Shown: positions 62,450-64,000 of the stretch, in pieces
Numbering within the stretch: position 1 is the first letter of the stretch
Layout of the letters: the number at the start of each line of letters is the position of its first letter
NCBI RefSeq assembly: GCF_037042905.1
Contig: NC_087251.1
Coordinates: forward strand, 46,130,001 to 46,194,000
DNA: 64,000 bases
Origin: Lytechinus pictus
Taxonomy: Eukaryota
Reading direction: 5' to 3'
Notes under the pieces: generated by a model
The model's input: only the letters and a program-made list of their open reading frames with translations
Databases searched by the model: none
Told to the model about the DNA's origin: nothing
Position numbers and translations under genes: made by a program

Positions 62450-64000
62450 ATGAGGCTTATGTTACCATCTGCCGGTGGAGAAACTGAACATTCCATGTCA
62501 TTCCCAACGAAAAACCGGCCTCTTCCCCCTGTCCCTACCCCATCCACTCCAGCATCAAAACCACCACCACCACCCTCATCCAAGGAATGGTCCCCGCTAG
62601 CTTCAGTGCCTGCCAGCAGCATGGGGTCACCGCAGCAGCCTCCGCCAGGTCTAATATCGGACGCCCAGTTTGAAATCAACCAGAATGTGGTGCGTCCAAC
62701 CACTGTGGACGGAGCCATGGATTGGATTAACCGTCATAAGCCACAGATAGACCAGTTCTTGAACCTCTTGGAACAGTATCCTCAGCTGGTACAATCGGAC
62801 AAAATAAACTCGGAGAAGAACCCCCTTCCCCCTATCAAAAGGTCTTTCAGTGAATCTGCTGCCTTCCCGCCTAAACAGCAAGATAGTAAGTTGCAAAGGC
62901 AGAGTCGTCTCGGTGGCATAGTTGGACGCAGAAGGCATGTTAGCGGGGAGACCAATGGGAATAAACCCTCGACAATTAAGGGGGATGAAAACATGAGACG
63001 AGATGACCTAATTGCGGGAGAGCGATATATCTATGTCTGCGATGTGCTTTCAGAAAGCGAGAATTCATCAAATCAGTCAGATAATGCAATCCCATCAACC
63101 TCTTTACCATCGGCTCGAGAGAAAATCGTCACCGCGTTATCATCTTACTGTTTCGTGCGTACAGGCCCTGATAGACTTCACAGCGAGTCTGAATTCGTTG
63201 AATTAACTCACACAATAGCACATGCCGATGCTTTTATTTTGCTAATGAACAGTCGTGTCCTGGCAAGTGGAACGTGTTATCATCAGCTAGCAGTAGCAGC
63301 ATCGTACGGTGTACCTATCATATCTGTCCGGGAATCGGGCTTCAAACTCAACGAGCCAATGCCACCAGAGTTGCAGGACATCGAGATCATTCCCCGTTGT
63401 ATCAGGACGACGATTTCGGAATCACAAGGTATCCAAACCGATGTCATCCAAGCAAGGGTAACATCAAGGGACAATACCGATCTTCACGAATCACAGTCAA
63501 GTGGATTTCATTCTGACACCGACGGAGAAGACAGCGCACATCCGAATCTTTCGGATTTGATCACCAACTGCTACAACGACTCTCTCATTTACGTTCCAAA
63601 CTTCCACAACTCCTGCATATCAAAACTACTTGGAAAGCTTTCCGAATACCTCGGTGAGGCGTACTTAGACTATGAAGTAAGTCGCCAGGTCAACGGCGAG
63701 GAGACTGCCTTGATAAATGATCGGATGACGATACCTCAGATTGGAAAAACTGCAAAGACGATAGAGATCCCCGCTCTTAATTTACTTTCCAAGTCGACCC
63801 GGACCTCTGCTGGGGAAAATGAAATAGAAATGCCGTTGAAAGGGGATGTTTCAAATCTTCCTGGGACACCAATGTCAACTGACTGTTCGACTGGCACGCC
63901 AAATTCCCTCACAAAACTTCCGCCAATTACAAAGGCTACTGCAACAACTGGAAAATCAAACGTTGCAACCACTAACACGCAACAGAAAACTGAAATATCC
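62450..64000 (+). CDS. Uncharacterised protein with Pro-rich N-terminus and divergent TIR-like (SARM1/TIR_2-type) domain; ORF runs off the window end
   Basis: An in-frame TGA at 62417 is followed by ATG at 62450 and 517 codons without a stop to position 64000. It is absent from the ORF track, presumably because it has no stop in the window. It contains RYIYVC...ELTHTIAHADAFILLMNSRVLASGTCYHQLAVAASYGVPIISVRESGFKLNEPMPPEL...SLIYVPNFHNSCISKLLGKL. Confidence 0.8.
   Translation, partial: MRLMLPSAGGETEHSMSFPTKNRPLPPVPTPSTPASKPPPPPSSKEWSPLASVPASSMGSPQQPPPGLISDAQFEINQNVVRPTTVDGAMDWINRHKPQIDQFLNLLEQYPQLVQSDKINSEKNPLPPIKRSFSESAAFPPKQQDSKLQRQSRLGGIVGRRRHVSGETNGNKPSTIKGDENMRRDDLIAGERYIYVCDVLSESENSSNQSDNAIPSTSLPSAREKIVTALSSYCFVRTGPDRLHSESEFVELTHTIAHADAFILLMNSRVLASGTCYHQLAVAASYGVPIISVRESGFKLNEPMPPELQDIEIIPRCIRTTISESQGIQTDVIQARVTSRDNTDLHESQSSGFHSDTDGEDSAHPNLSDLITNCYNDSLIYVPNFHNSCISKLLGKLSEYLGEAYLDYEVSRQVNGEETALINDRMTIPQIGKTAKTIEIPALNLLSKSTRTSAGENEIEMPLKGDVSNLPGTPMSTDCSTGTPNSLTKLPPITKATATTGKSNVATTNTQQKTEIS

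Noticed and set aside
62443..63978. Several short minus-strand ORFs
   Set aside because: They are antisense shadows of the long plus-strand ORF.

Overview
AT-rich, repeat-dense animal genomic DNA with spliceosomal introns. The repeat landscape suggests an echinoderm, probably a sea urchin (inference). It holds four host genes: (1) the first coding exon of a TRIM9/TRIM67-type E3 ligase (- strand); (2) a complete DCAF4/WDR21 gene with 13 coding exons (+ strand, about 680 aa) that can be assembled through two minor-spliceosome (U12) introns, one AT-AC and one GT-AG; (3) a complete SLC16/MCT transporter with 5 coding exons (- strand, about 582 aa), whose first coding exon boundary has been amplified into a decayed ~120-bp tandem array; (4) a long ORF missing from the supplied track (62450 to beyond 64000, + strand) with a divergent SARM1/TIR_2-like domain carrying Gln at the presumed catalytic Glu. 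Between them lie a decayed L1/Tx1 LINE, a near full-length CR1-type LINE with a tRNA-like 5' head, a Penelope-like GIY-YIG retroelement with an inverted duplication and a hammerhead-like motif, a Helentron/DINE-like element, and many MITEs and tRNA-derived SINEs. All gene models were read by hand. Family comparisons are from recalled motifs, not database searches.
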